Below the pieces are notes generated by a model. It had not been told where the DNA came from and ran no database searches. It saw only the letters and a list, made by a program, of their open reading frames with translations. Below, piece after piece: positions 39,176 to 49,186 of a DNA stretch of 64,000 nt. The DNA comes from Clostridia bacterium (lineage in GTDB: Bacteria; Bacillota; Clostridia; Oscillospirales; Acutalibacteraceae). Position 1 is the stretch's first letter; every line of letters begins with the position of its first letter. The translations under genes and the position numbers were made by a program. The DNA is taken from assembly GCA_024403955.1 (NCBI GenBank), contig JAKSQX010000003.1, positions 1,818 to 65,817 of the forward strand, given 5' to 3'.

Positions 39176-39973
39176 ATGCCAAACGCTGAAACATATTCTG
39201 CAAATAAAGTTTTCATGGCAGGTGCTTTACCTCTTATGAAAGTTATTGCAACAGATGATCCTACACTCAATAAGCTTTTCAAGACAGCTAAGATCAATGC
39301 TGTATATCAGGTTTCTGCTAAAGCTGGCGGCGGCAAAGAAGCTGTTCACTTTATCGTAACTGATGGTGATTGGGAAGTTTACCAGGGTGAGTATAAGGGT
39401 AATAAGAAGATTGATGGCGAACTCGCTTTCTCATCTATGGAGAAAATGAATGGCTTTATGAAGAGCGACTTTTCTAAGCTTCCAGCTATCAAGATTGGTA
39501 ACCCAGCTAAGTTTGCTCTCTTTATGGCAGTTCTTCTTAAGATGTCTGGCATCTTAACAGCAACTGAAATCCCAGAGGATGAAGCTACTCAGCTCCTTAC
39601 AATCAAGTGCTTCTTCTATCTTCTTACAACAGGTATCTCAGCTCTCAACAAGATGGGCGACGAAAAGGTATCTGCATGGGTTAAGAAGTCTCCAGACCGC
39701 TGCTATCAGATGGCAGTAGCTGGTTATCCAGAGCTCACAGCTTACCTCCGTGTTGACCAAGGTAAGTCTAAGGCTGGTAAGGGCGAGTATCCTCGTTCAG
39801 ACCCATTCTTCACAATGCTCTTCGACTGCCCAGAATCAGCTCTTATGATTCTTATGGGTAAAGGCGACATGTTTAAGATGACTGCTAACCGTCAGCTTAT
39901 CATGAAGGGCGGCCCAGAATTCGGCATGCAGCTCTCAGAGTACATGTTCTATATTCAGGACCTCGCTATGTAA
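39176..39973 (+). CDS. hypothetical protein with SCP2-like sequence pattern (paralogue of 35147-35911)
   Basis: ATG 39176 follows AAGGAGG. AVHFIVTDGDWEVYQGEY...DGELAFSSMEKMNGFM and FDCPESALMILMGKGDMFKMTANRQLIMKGGPEFGMQL both fit SCP2-like patterns. Confidence 0.6.
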   Translation: MPNAETYSANKVFMAGALPLMKVIATDDPTLNKLFKTAKINAVYQVSAKAGGGKEAVHFIVTDGDWEVYQGEYKGNKKIDGELAFSSMEKMNGFMKSDFSKLPAIKIGNPAKFALFMAVLLKMSGILTATEIPEDEATQLLTIKCFFYLLTTGISALNKMGDEKVSAWVKKSPDRCYQMAVAGYPELTAYLRVDQGKSKAGKGEYPRSDPFFTMLFDCPESALMILMGKGDMFKMTANRQLIMKGGPEFGMQLSEYMFYIQDLAM

Positions 39974-39984
39974 CTCAAAAAAAC

Positions 39985-40013
39985 GACCTCGTCGAAAGAC
40001 GAGGTCTTTTTTT
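39985..40013 (+). terminator. intrinsic terminator of the transketolase/aminotransferase operon
   Basis: GACCTCGTC-GAAA-GACGAGGTC followed by TTTTTTT. Confidence 0.9.
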
Positions 40014-40050
40014 ATGCCTATAATTATGGTAAAATACTATAGGTGATTTT

Positions 40051-40950
40051 ATGTATAGAATAGGTGTTGACCTCGGTGGCACTAACATCGCTGCAGGGGT
40101 TGTTGATGAAGAAAATAAAATAGTCGCTAAAATGAGCATTCCTACTGATTTGCCTAAGAGCGCAGATGAAATTGCGAGGTCTATTGCAAAACTTGCTGAA
40201 CTTGTCTGTGAGAAGGCAGATGTTGATATGATGGAAGTCTCTATGATTGGTATTGGAACACCTGGAGCAGTAAATGACGAAGGTGTGGTAGAGAACGATG
40301 CCAATCTCGGCTTTGTGAATATACCACTTAGAGGGCTCGTTGCAGGCAAGACCGGTAAGGTCGTATATGTTGGCAACGACGCCAACTGTGCTGCACTCGG
40401 TGAGCAGGTGGCTGGCGCCGGCAAGGGCACCGACAACTTTATTGCTGTGACCTTGGGTACAGGAATCGGTGGCGGTGTAATAGTTGACGGCAAGCTGCTC
40501 ACCGGCATCAACTTTGCTGCAGGTGAGATTGGCCATATGTGTATCGAGCTTGACGGCAGAGCTTGTAACTGTGGCAATAAAGGATGCTTTGAGGCATATG
40601 CTTCTGCATCAGCTTTAATCCGCGATGCAAGGGGAGTTGGTCTTGAGGTCTCAGGTGCACGTGATGTGTTTGAGGCAGCTCAGAACGGCAACAGCCTCGC
40701 TGAAAAAGTAGTTAAGAACTATATCTCATATCTCGCAGTAGGTATTACAAATCTTGTAAATATCTTCCAGCCAGATATGATTTGTATCGGTGGCGGCATT
40801 GCAGCGCAGGGCGAATATCTCTTAGAACCTCTTCGTGATATTGTTGCAAAAAATCGCTACACCAAGTATTCCTCAAAACAGACAGATATTTGCGCTGCTG
40901 TTCTCGGCAATGACGCCGGAATTATAGGCGCAGCAAATCTTGGAGAATAG
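40051..40950 (+). CDS. glcK: ROK-family glucokinase
   Basis: IGVDLGGTNIAAG, the ROK zinc motif CNCGNKGCFEAYAS, and GIGGG. Confidence 0.85.
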   Translation: MYRIGVDLGGTNIAAGVVDEENKIVAKMSIPTDLPKSADEIARSIAKLAELVCEKADVDMMEVSMIGIGTPGAVNDEGVVENDANLGFVNIPLRGLVAGKTGKVVYVGNDANCAALGEQVAGAGKGTDNFIAVTLGTGIGGGVIVDGKLLTGINFAAGEIGHMCIELDGRACNCGNKGCFEAYASASALIRDARGVGLEVSGARDVFEAAQNGNSLAEKVVKNYISYLAVGITNLVNIFQPDMICIGGGIAAQGEYLLEPLRDIVAKNRYTKYSSKQTDICAAVLGNDAGIIGAANLGE

Positions 40951-40952
40951 AT

Positions 40953-41852
40953 ATGTACGAAAAGATTATTAAAGCTGCAACCGACAATGGCTGTAACTAC
41001 GTAGAAAATGCCGACATGGCAAAATATACCACTTTTAAGATTGGTGGCCCTGCAAACCTTCTTGTAGAGCCTAATTCTGTTGACGCTTTATCAGAGATTT
41101 TGAAGGCTTGTAAAGCAGAAGGCGTGAAACCAATCGTACTCGGTAATGGCTCCAATGTTCTTGTCCAGGATAAGGGCATTGACAGTGTTGTTATCGTAAT
41201 GGGTGACGCATTTTCAAAGATTGAATATGCAGGAAACGACCTTGTTAAGGTACAGGCAGGCGCAAAGCTTATTAGCCTCTGCCGCTTCTGTCTCGAGTAT
41301 TCTCTCGGTGGTCTTGAGTTTGCAACTGGCATACCCGGCACCGTTGGAGGTGCAGTATTTATGAATGCTGGCGCCTACGGTGGAGAGATGAAGGACGTAG
41401 TATGGGTAGTAAACCACATGGACCTCGACGGTAACAAGGGCTCATTCCAGGGCTCACAGCTCGACTTCTCATATCGTCATTCAGCATATGTAGATAGTGA
41501 TTTGATTATAACATCAGTAATTTTCCATCTTGAGCAGGATAATGCCGAAGGCATCAAGAACAGCATGGATGACGTGCAGGCACGCCGTAAGGCAAAGCAG
41601 CCACTTGAGTATCCTTCAGCTGGCAGCACATTCAAGCGTCCAGAGGGTTATTTTGCTGCAGCACTTATAGACGAGTGTGGCCTTAAAGGCTACACAGTTG
41701 GCGGTGCACAGGTTTCAGAGAAGCACGCAGGCTTTGTAATCAACGTAGGTAATGCAACTTCTGCTGATGTTTTACAGCTTATGTCTGACGTTCAGAAGAA
41801 AGTAAAAGATGAGAAAGGCGTAGACCTCGAACCAGAAGTTAGAATTATTTAG
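40953..41852 (+). CDS. murB: UDP-N-acetylenolpyruvoylglucosamine reductase
   Basis: FAD-binding PCMH domain (TFKIGGPA, LGNGSN), AGSTFKRP, and GGAQVSEKHAGFVIN. Confidence 0.92.
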   Translation: MYEKIIKAATDNGCNYVENADMAKYTTFKIGGPANLLVEPNSVDALSEILKACKAEGVKPIVLGNGSNVLVQDKGIDSVVIVMGDAFSKIEYAGNDLVKVQAGAKLISLCRFCLEYSLGGLEFATGIPGTVGGAVFMNAGAYGGEMKDVVWVVNHMDLDGNKGSFQGSQLDFSYRHSAYVDSDLIITSVIFHLEQDNAEGIKNSMDDVQARRKAKQPLEYPSAGSTFKRPEGYFAAALIDECGLKGYTVGGAQVSEKHAGFVINVGNATSADVLQLMSDVQKKVKDEKGVDLEPEVRII

Positions 41853-41882
41853 TATTATTATTTTTCTAGGAGGTGAGTACAG

Positions 41883-42848
41883 TTGTCATTTGCATCAGAC
41901 ATCAAAGATGAATTGATTGAGAAGTCAGAACTTGCACGCGCAATGGGTGGCATGAAGGACTGCTGTATTCACGCCGAGATGTATGGAATATTCCTATTCT
42001 GTAGGGATTTTGATAGTAATAACATTTGTATTAAGACTGAGCATAGGGAAGTAGCCGAATTGTTCTCCTCATATGCTGAGGAGATTACAGGTAGAAGCTA
42101 TAATATTGAGCAGACTTCATCTGGCAAGTTTAGAGTAACTATTAAGAAGGCCGAGGACCGTAAAATGATCCTCGAACACTTTGGCCATACGGGCCAGGAA
42201 GTTACTCGCCGTATGTACAGATCAAACCTCGAGGATGAGTGCTGCCTCGGCGCACTTCTCCGTGGTGCATTCCTCTCATGTGGTACTATTACAGACCCAG
42301 AGAAGGATTATCATCTTGAGTTTGTAATGTCACATAAGGTGCTCTCAAACGACTTGCTCAAGCTTATTACAGAGGTCCATCTTCCTGATGAAGAGGGTAA
42401 TGTGGACTTTAACAAGAAAGAATTTGATCCTAAGTACATTGTCAGACGTGGTGTGCACGTTGTGTACTTTAAGGACAGCGAATCTATTGAGAATATCCTC
42501 ACATTCATGGGTGCTCCAGATGCCTCACTCGAGGTTATGGGAACACGCATGTACAAGGATATGAGAAATAGAGTTAATCGAAAGATGAACTTTGAAAATG
42601 CCAATGCAGGTAGAGCATTTGATGCTGCGTATAAGCAGATCTCAGCAATCAGATTCATAGAGGAGGAGAAGGGACTTGGCTTCCTTTCAGAGGATCTTCG
42701 AGAACTCGCTCTCCTTCGACTAGAGAATGAGGACTTCACTCTCTCTGACTTGGCAGATAACTTAAAGGAACCAATCTCTAAGTCCGGTGTAAACCACCGA
42801 CTTAAGAAGATACTTGAGATAGCAGAAGGACTAGGGTGGAAAGGATGA
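41883..42848 (+). CDS. whiA: DNA-binding protein WhiA
   Basis: SFASDIKDEL N-terminus, degenerate LAGLIDADG-like core, and C-terminal HTH (LSDLADNL..PISKSGVNHRLKKI). TTG start follows GGAGGTG. Confidence 0.9.
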   Translation: MSFASDIKDELIEKSELARAMGGMKDCCIHAEMYGIFLFCRDFDSNNICIKTEHREVAELFSSYAEEITGRSYNIEQTSSGKFRVTIKKAEDRKMILEHFGHTGQEVTRRMYRSNLEDECCLGALLRGAFLSCGTITDPEKDYHLEFVMSHKVLSNDLLKLITEVHLPDEEGNVDFNKKEFDPKYIVRRGVHVVYFKDSESIENILTFMGAPDASLEVMGTRMYKDMRNRVNRKMNFENANAGRAFDAAYKQISAIRFIEEEKGLGFLSEDLRELALLRLENEDFTLSDLADNLKEPISKSGVNHRLKKILEIAEGLGWKG

Positions 42849-45800
42849 GTTTTACTCATTTACATGTGCACTCAGAATACAGTCTACTTGATGGTGCCTG
42901 TAGAATAGGCGAACTTGTAGATAGAGCTCATGACCTCGGACAGACCGCTGTGGCTATTACAGACCACGGCTGTATGTACGGGGCTATTGACTTTTACAAA
43001 GCATGTAAGGCTAAAGATATAAAGCCTATCATCGGCTGTGAGTGCTACCTCTCAGAGGATATGCATGACAAGGTATCCGCTGCAGCAAAGGTTAGATATC
43101 ACCTTGTACTTCTCTGTGAAAACAACGAGGGATATCAGAACCTTATAAAGATGGTCTCTGACTCTTTTACAGAGGGATTCTATTCAAAGCCTAGAATAGA
43201 TAAAGAACTTCTCCGTAAATACAGTGGTGGCTTGATTGCACTCTCCGCGTGCCTTCAGGGTGAAATCCCTGTTCACCTGAGAAATGGTGACTATGAGGGA
43301 GCTAAAGCTATTGCGCTTGAGTATCAGGAGATCATGGGTGAGGGTAACTTCTTTATAGAGGTTCAAAATCACAGTCTCCCTGAGGAAATATCAATACTCC
43401 CACAGCTTATACGACTCTCAAATGAGACGGGTATACCTCTTGTGGCAACTAATGACTGCCACTATATCTCTAAAGAGGATGCCAAAGTACAGAAGATTCT
43501 CGTATGTATCCAGACCAACCACACAATAGAGGAGGATACAGGCCTCGACTTTAGAACAGATGAGTTCTATGTAAAATCTGAGGATGAGATGAGAACTCTC
43601 TTCTCTATGGCACCTGAAGCTGTGGATAATACCGCTCTCATCGCTTCGCGTTGTAACGTGGAGTTTGAGTTCGGTGTAACAAAACTTCCTCATTTTGAGG
43701 TTCCAGATGGCAGAGAACATGCTGAATACTTGAGGGCACTTGCTACAGCTGGATTTAATAAAAGATATAAAGGCTTCCCTGAGGAGACTTTAACAAAATA
43801 TAGAGAGCGTGTGGACTATGAGCTCGGTGTAGTTGACAGCATGGGATATACCGACTACTACCTTATCGTCTATGACTTCGTACGCTTTGCTAAGGGAGCG
43901 GGTATACCGGTTGGTCCTGGACGTGGTTCAGGAGCGGGCAGTATAGTCGCGTACTGTGTCGGCATCACCGACATCGACCCGATGAAATATAACCTTCTTT
44001 TCGAGCGCTTCTTAAACCCAGAACGTGTATCGATGCCGGACTTTGACATTGACTTCTGTTACGAGCGCAGGGGAGAAGTAATCGATTATGTAATTGAAAA
44101 ATATGGTGCCGACCATGTGGCTCAAATTGTCACTTTTGGTACCCTTGCTGCACGTGCCGCCATCAAAGATGTAGGTCGTGTACTTGATATTCCATATGCA
44201 AAAGTTGATCAACTTACAAAGAAGATTCCTTGGGGTTTGGGCCATAATTTGACCGCTGCAATCGAACTTACACCTGGTCTTAAGGACATGATTGCCTCTG
44301 ACCCAGAGATTGCAGAACTCATAAAATACTCACTCAAAGTTGAGGGTATGCCAAGGCATACTTCCACTCACGCAGCGGGTGTTGTAATAACACGTGACCC
44401 TGTCAATACCTACGTACCAATGGCGAAAAAGGACGATTCTGTTGTCACTCAGTACACGATGACAACCCTTGAGGAACTCGGACTTTTGAAGATGGATTTC
44501 CTCGGTCTTAGGACTTTGACTGTCATCGATGATTGCGAAAAAATGATTCAAAAACGCGAGCCGAGCTTTAGTATAAAGGATATTGACTTTACAGACAAAG
44601 AAACATTCGAAATGTTTGGTCGTGGTGATACAAATGGTGTCTTCCAGTTTGAGTCGGGCGGACTTAAAAATGTCCTCATGCAATTCAAGCCAACTTCACT
44701 CGAAGATCTCATAGCGCTTACCTCGCTTTATAGACCTGGACCAATGGATTCCATTCCAACTTACATCCATAACAGACATCATCCAGAGGATGTTAAGTAC
44801 AAGACTCCTGAACTTAAAGATGTCCTCGGCGTAACTTATGGATGTATCGTTTACCAGGAGCAGGTAATGCAGATTTGCCGCGAGCTCGCCGGCTACTCAC
44901 TCGGCCACGCCGACATCATGCGTCGTGCAGTTTCTAAAAAGAAACACGACGTCATGAACAAGGAGCGTGACAACTTCGTCACGGGTTGCGTAGCGAACGG
45001 CATATCAAAAGATGTGGCAAATTCTATCTTTGATGATATGGTCAGCTTCGCATCATATGCATTTAATAAGTCGCACGCTGCGGCATATGCAACAGTAGCT
45101 TTCCAAACTGCATATCTCAAATGCCATTATCCAGCGGAGTTCATGGCGTCACAGATAACAAGTATGCTCTCAATGACATATAAGGTTGCAGCATATATTG
45201 CAGACTGTGAAAACTTGGGTCTTACAGTTCTTCCACCACATGTAAATTACAGCTTTGCTGAGTTTACAGTTGATGATGGAAAGATTATCTTTGGCCTTTT
45301 AGGTGTAAAGGGGCTTTCAAGGAACTTTATCAACGTTATAGTTAAGGAGAGAGAGACAAACGGTCCTTTCACTTCATACTATGAGTTTTTAAAACGTGTC
45401 CACAGTCAGAGCTTCAACCGCAAGGCTGCAGAAGCTCTAATTAAGAGTGGCGCACTTGACGGTTTCGGTCTCAACCGCCGACAGATGCTCACGATGCTCT
45501 CAGATATCGTCGGCGAGCTCGACAGTGTAAGGCGCCACAACGTAGAGGGTCAAATAGGTCTCTTTGATACAGGCTCTGCACTCAGTGAAACTGAGACGGG
45601 CCCTGAGATTCCTAATCTCACTGAATTTGATAAGACTGACCTTCTTTTATATGAGAAGGAGATGACAGGCCTCTATCTCTCTGGCCACCCAATGCACGAC
45701 TATGCCGAGGATGCCAAGAGACTTCACTCTGCAAAGATCAGCGAACTTCTCGACGCTTTGGAGGACGGTACTTCAAAGTACAAGGACAATGATGCTATTG

Positions 45801-46297
45801 TTCTTCTCTGTATGATCTCAAACATCGTAGTCAAGGTGACAAAGGCATCTGCCACTATGGCTACTGCTCTCGCTGAGGATTTGACTGGCGGCATCGAGCT
45901 CACCATATTCCCAAAGACCTATCAACAATACGGCAGTCTTCTTACAGAAAATGGCGTCTATGTTGTCGATGCTCGACTTTCAGTCTCACCGGATGAAAAG
46001 CCGTCGCTTAAAGTGATGCGCATCACGCCTTACACTAAAGCGTCAGGCGATGCGCCTAAGAAAAAGAAAAAAGGCCTTTTCATCCGCTTCGACAGTGAAA
46101 ACGATGAGCGTATCTCAAAGGTAATGCAACTGGTTGAGAATGCTCCAGATAATCGCTTTACGATAAGGATGCCACTCTACTTCTACTTCAATGACACAAA
46201 GTCTTACAAGGAGATGGGAGAGGTAAGATGTTGTGGCGAACTGATGTCATCCTGCTCACAAATATTGGGCATTAAGAATGTTGTTGTCCAAGAATAA
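42845..46297 (+). CDS. dnaE: DNA polymerase III alpha subunit (DnaE type)
   Basis: PHP domain FTHLHVHSEYSLLDG, polymerase core, and OB fold. 1150 aa from ATG 42845, with a 4-nt overlap with whiA. Confidence 0.95.
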   Translation: MSFTHLHVHSEYSLLDGACRIGELVDRAHDLGQTAVAITDHGCMYGAIDFYKACKAKDIKPIIGCECYLSEDMHDKVSAAAKVRYHLVLLCENNEGYQNLIKMVSDSFTEGFYSKPRIDKELLRKYSGGLIALSACLQGEIPVHLRNGDYEGAKAIALEYQEIMGEGNFFIEVQNHSLPEEISILPQLIRLSNETGIPLVATNDCHYISKEDAKVQKILVCIQTNHTIEEDTGLDFRTDEFYVKSEDEMRTLFSMAPEAVDNTALIASRCNVEFEFGVTKLPHFEVPDGREHAEYLRALATAGFNKRYKGFPEETLTKYRERVDYELGVVDSMGYTDYYLIVYDFVRFAKGAGIPVGPGRGSGAGSIVAYCVGITDIDPMKYNLLFERFLNPERVSMPDFDIDFCYERRGEVIDYVIEKYGADHVAQIVTFGTLAARAAIKDVGRVLDIPYAKVDQLTKKIPWGLGHNLTAAIELTPGLKDMIASDPEIAELIKYSLKVEGMPRHTSTHAAGVVITRDPVNTYVPMAKKDDSVVTQYTMTTLEELGLLKMDFLGLRTLTVIDDCEKMIQKREPSFSIKDIDFTDKETFEMFGRGDTNGVFQFESGGLKNVLMQFKPTSLEDLIALTSLYRPGPMDSIPTYIHNRHHPEDVKYKTPELKDVLGVTYGCIVYQEQVMQICRELAGYSLGHADIMRRAVSKKKHDVMNKERDNFVTGCVANGISKDVANSIFDDMVSFASYAFNKSHAAAYATVAFQTAYLKCHYPAEFMASQITSMLSMTYKVAAYIADCENLGLTVLPPHVNYSFAEFTVDDGKIIFGLLGVKGLSRNFINVIVKERETNGPFTSYYEFLKRVHSQSFNRKAAEALIKSGALDGFGLNRRQMLTMLSDIVGELDSVRRHNVEGQIGLFDTGSALSETETGPEIPNLTEFDKTDLLLYEKEMTGLYLSGHPMHDYAEDAKRLHSAKISELLDALEDGTSKYKDNDAIVLLCMISNIVVKVTKASATMATALAEDLTGGIELTIFPKTYQQYGSLLTENGVYVVDARLSVSPDEKPSLKVMRITPYTKASGDAPKKKKKGLFIRFDSENDERISKVMQLVENAPDNRFTIRMPLYFYFNDTKSYKEMGEVRCCGELMSSCSQILGIKNVVVQE

Positions 46298-46326
46298 TCA
46301 AAAGTGCACAAAAAGAATTAAAAAAA

Positions 46327-46351
46327 GCCCTCAAAGTTTTGAGGGCTTTTT
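46327..46351 (+). terminator. intrinsic terminator of dnaE
   Basis: GCCCTCA / TGAGGGC stem followed by TTTTT. Confidence 0.8.
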
Positions 46352-46437
46352 CAATGTAATTAATTGACTTTTATATATATAAATGCAATACTTTATATTG
46401 GAATATTTTGGAATAATTTTTTGGAGGCATTAGTAGA

Positions 46438-47400
46438 ATGAAAACCATTGGCGTATTGACAAGCGGAGGAGACGCTCCTGGTATGAACGCTGCAATTCGT
46501 GCAGTAGTTCGTACAGCTATTGAAAACAATATGCATGTTCTTGGTATCAACAACGGATATGATGGACTTATGAAGGGCGACGTTATTGAGATGAATCTTC
46601 GCTCAGTTTCAAATATCCTTAATCGTGGTGGTACAATTCTTCACTCTGCAAGATCAGAGGGTTTCAAGACTGAAGCTGGACAGAAGAAAGCTGCTGAAAT
46701 GTGTAAGGCACTTGGTATTGAAGGACTCGTTATCATCGGTGGCGACGGATCTTTCCGTGGTGCTCAGGCACTCGCAACTTTGGGTATTACTTGTGTAGGT
46801 ATCCCAGGTACAATTGATAACGATATTGCTTGCACAGATGAGACTATCGGCTTTGATACAGCTATGAACACTGTTATGGAGATGGTCGATAAAATCCGTG
46901 ACACAGCAGAATCACACTCACGTTGTTCTGTTGTTGAGGTTATGGGTAGAGATGCAGGCTATATTGCTCTTTATTCAGGTATCGCTGTTGGTGCAACAAT
47001 TATCCTTGTACCAGAAGTTGAATACGATATGCAAAAAGATGTAATTGATGTTATGAAGCGTACACTTGCCACTGGCAAGCATCACTTCGTTATCATAGTA
47101 GCAGAAGGTTGCGGACTTGCAACCAAGATGGCAAAAGAGATAGAAGAAGAGACAGGTGTTGAGACAAGAGCTACAATTCTTGGTCACGTACAGCGTGGTG
47201 GTTCTCCTACAGTTAAGGACCGCGTACTTGCTTCCCGTATGGGTAACTACGCTGCAAGAGTCCTTCGTTACGACAACAGAAGTTGTATTGTAGCTGAGAA
47301 GGATAACAAGATTGTTGATTATCCAATTAATGAAGCTCTTGCAATGACAAAGGAACTTGATATTGACACCTACAGAATGGCTCATGAAATATCTATCTAA
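46438..47400 (+). CDS. pfkA: ATP-dependent 6-phosphofructokinase
   Basis: GVLTSGGDAPGMNAAIRAVVR, IGGDGS, PGTIDNDI and MGR motifs. Confidence 0.95.
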   Translation: MKTIGVLTSGGDAPGMNAAIRAVVRTAIENNMHVLGINNGYDGLMKGDVIEMNLRSVSNILNRGGTILHSARSEGFKTEAGQKKAAEMCKALGIEGLVIIGGDGSFRGAQALATLGITCVGIPGTIDNDIACTDETIGFDTAMNTVMEMVDKIRDTAESHSRCSVVEVMGRDAGYIALYSGIAVGATIILVPEVEYDMQKDVIDVMKRTLATGKHHFVIIVAEGCGLATKMAKEIEEETGVETRATILGHVQRGGSPTVKDRVLASRMGNYAARVLRYDNRSCIVAEKDNKIVDYPINEALAMTKELDIDTYRMAHEISI

Positions 47401-47415
47401 TTTAAGGAGAAAAAA

Positions 47416-49071
47416 ATGACGTTTCAAAACGTAGCCACATTACTCGGTGGTATTGCAATGTTCATCTTCGGCATGAACTCCATGAGTGACAACCTCAAGG
47501 ACATGGCCGGAAACTACTTAAAAAAAGTGCTTGCAAAACTTACTGAGAACAGGTTCGTGGCTGTTCTAGTGGGCGCAGGACTCACTGCAATCATTCAAAG
47601 TTCAAATGCGATTTGTTCAATGGTTGTTAACTTTGTTAATGCCGGACTTATGCAGCTTGAAAGATCAGTCGGCATTATTATAGGTGCTAAAATCGGTACA
47701 ACAATTACCGGTCAGCTTATTGCTTTCCACATCTCTGATTACGCAACGATTCTTATCTTCGCTGGTGTAGTCATCACAATGTTTATTAGCAATAAGAGAA
47801 TCAAATATTTGGGAAATGTAATCGCAAGCCTTGGTATTTTGTTCTTGGGACTTGGACTTATGGAGAGTTCCATGGAACCTTTAAAAGATCTTGCTTGGTT
47901 CCAAAATATTGTTGCAAGACTTGAGAATCCACTTCTCGGCGTATTGTTTGGTGTAGTATTTACAACTGTTATGCAGTCGGTTTCAGCATCTGTTGGTATC
48001 TTACAGATGATGATGCTCGCTGGAATTATTGGCTTTACACCAGCATTTTATGTAATGATGGGTATGAACATCGGCGCATCAATTGCTCCTATTCTTGCTG
48101 CTATTGGCGGTAGAAAAGATGCAAAGCGCGTTGCTGCTGTTGTTGTTGAACTTCAGGTTGTGGGCACGGTATTCTTCCTTGTTATGTGTCTCTTCCTTCC
48201 AATTACACAGTGGCTCCAGGTTACATCATCTGACCCATCTCGACAGATGGCTAACGCCAACACAATTTACAACATCATAATGGCCGTTGTAACATTCCCA
48301 CTTGCTATCCCACTTGTTAAACTCTCACGGATTCTTATTCGTGGTGGGGATAAGGAGCAGGAAGAGGGCAAACTTGAGTATGTTACAGAGGCGGGTCTCA
48401 AAGGTTCTGAGACTGCAATTCCTCAGATTGACGCTGAAGTTCGCCGTATGGAGAACCTTACAAAGCAGAATCTTAAGATTGCAACAGATACTTTCTTTTC
48501 AACTGAACCGTATAACAAAGATAAGTTTATGGTAACAGAGAAAGCCATTGACTTCCTCAATAAGGCAATCACAGACTCACTTATTCGCTGCTCGGCACTT
48601 AAACTTACTCCACAGGAAGCTGAGCATGTCGGACATCTCTTCCACGTTATCACTGACCTTGAGCGTATTGGCGATCACGCTGAGAACCTCATTGACTATG
48701 CTAACCGTATGATTGAGGAGAATAAGCCTTTCTCAGAAAAGGCTAAGTTCGAACTTAAAGAGCTCGTTGTTATGGTAATTCACATTTTGGACGATGCTTG
48801 TGTTCATCTCTTTGAACCTTCACAGGAAGCATACAACAACATCTTCCTTCAGGAGGCAGCTATTGATGACCTCGTTGATCTTATGAAGGAGAACCACGTA
48901 CAGCGTCTCCACGATGGCGAATGTAGATCATCACAGGGCCTTATCTTTGTAGAATCACTTACAGACCTTGAACGTATTTCAGATCACGCTCTAAACATCG
49001 CTCAGGCTGCTAAGGTTCGCTACCATTATGATGGTCCAGATGCACCTCCAATTAACCCAGCAACTTTATAA
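47416..49071 (+). CDS. Na/Pi cotransporter family protein with C-terminal PhoU-like repeats
   Basis: The N-terminal LLGGIAMFIFGMNSMSDNLK and QSSNA motifs, and two C-terminal LERIGDHAEN / LERISDHALN repeats. Confidence 0.85.
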   Translation: MTFQNVATLLGGIAMFIFGMNSMSDNLKDMAGNYLKKVLAKLTENRFVAVLVGAGLTAIIQSSNAICSMVVNFVNAGLMQLERSVGIIIGAKIGTTITGQLIAFHISDYATILIFAGVVITMFISNKRIKYLGNVIASLGILFLGLGLMESSMEPLKDLAWFQNIVARLENPLLGVLFGVVFTTVMQSVSASVGILQMMMLAGIIGFTPAFYVMMGMNIGASIAPILAAIGGRKDAKRVAAVVVELQVVGTVFFLVMCLFLPITQWLQVTSSDPSRQMANANTIYNIIMAVVTFPLAIPLVKLSRILIRGGDKEQEEGKLEYVTEAGLKGSETAIPQIDAEVRRMENLTKQNLKIATDTFFSTEPYNKDKFMVTEKAIDFLNKAITDSLIRCSALKLTPQEAEHVGHLFHVITDLERIGDHAENLIDYANRMIEENKPFSEKAKFELKELVVMVIHILDDACVHLFEPSQEAYNNIFLQEAAIDDLVDLMKENHVQRLHDGECRSSQGLIFVESLTDLERISDHALNIAQAAKVRYHYDGPDAPPINPATL

Positions 49072-49151
49072 TTTGACATACTAAGTTTACCACTTCCTTG
49101 TACAATATGCACAATTGACAGAAAAATATCAATATTTTTTTGTATTTTTTG

Positions 49152-49180
49152 TTGACATTCTGTATATATGGTGCTATAGT
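49152..49180 (+). promoter_or_regulatory. near-consensus sigma-A promoter of the orphan RNA unit
   Basis: TTGACA (49152-49157), exactly 17 nt, TATAGT (49175-49180). Confidence 0.65.
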
Positions 49181-49186
49181 GAAGAC

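Noticed and set aside
39975-40577. 200-aa and 170-aa minus-strand ORFs (Pro/Ser/Thr-rich) opposite glcK
   Set aside because: They are antisense shadow ORFs of a well-supported ROK glucokinase gene. They have low-complexity composition and no RBS, and one crosses the operon terminator.
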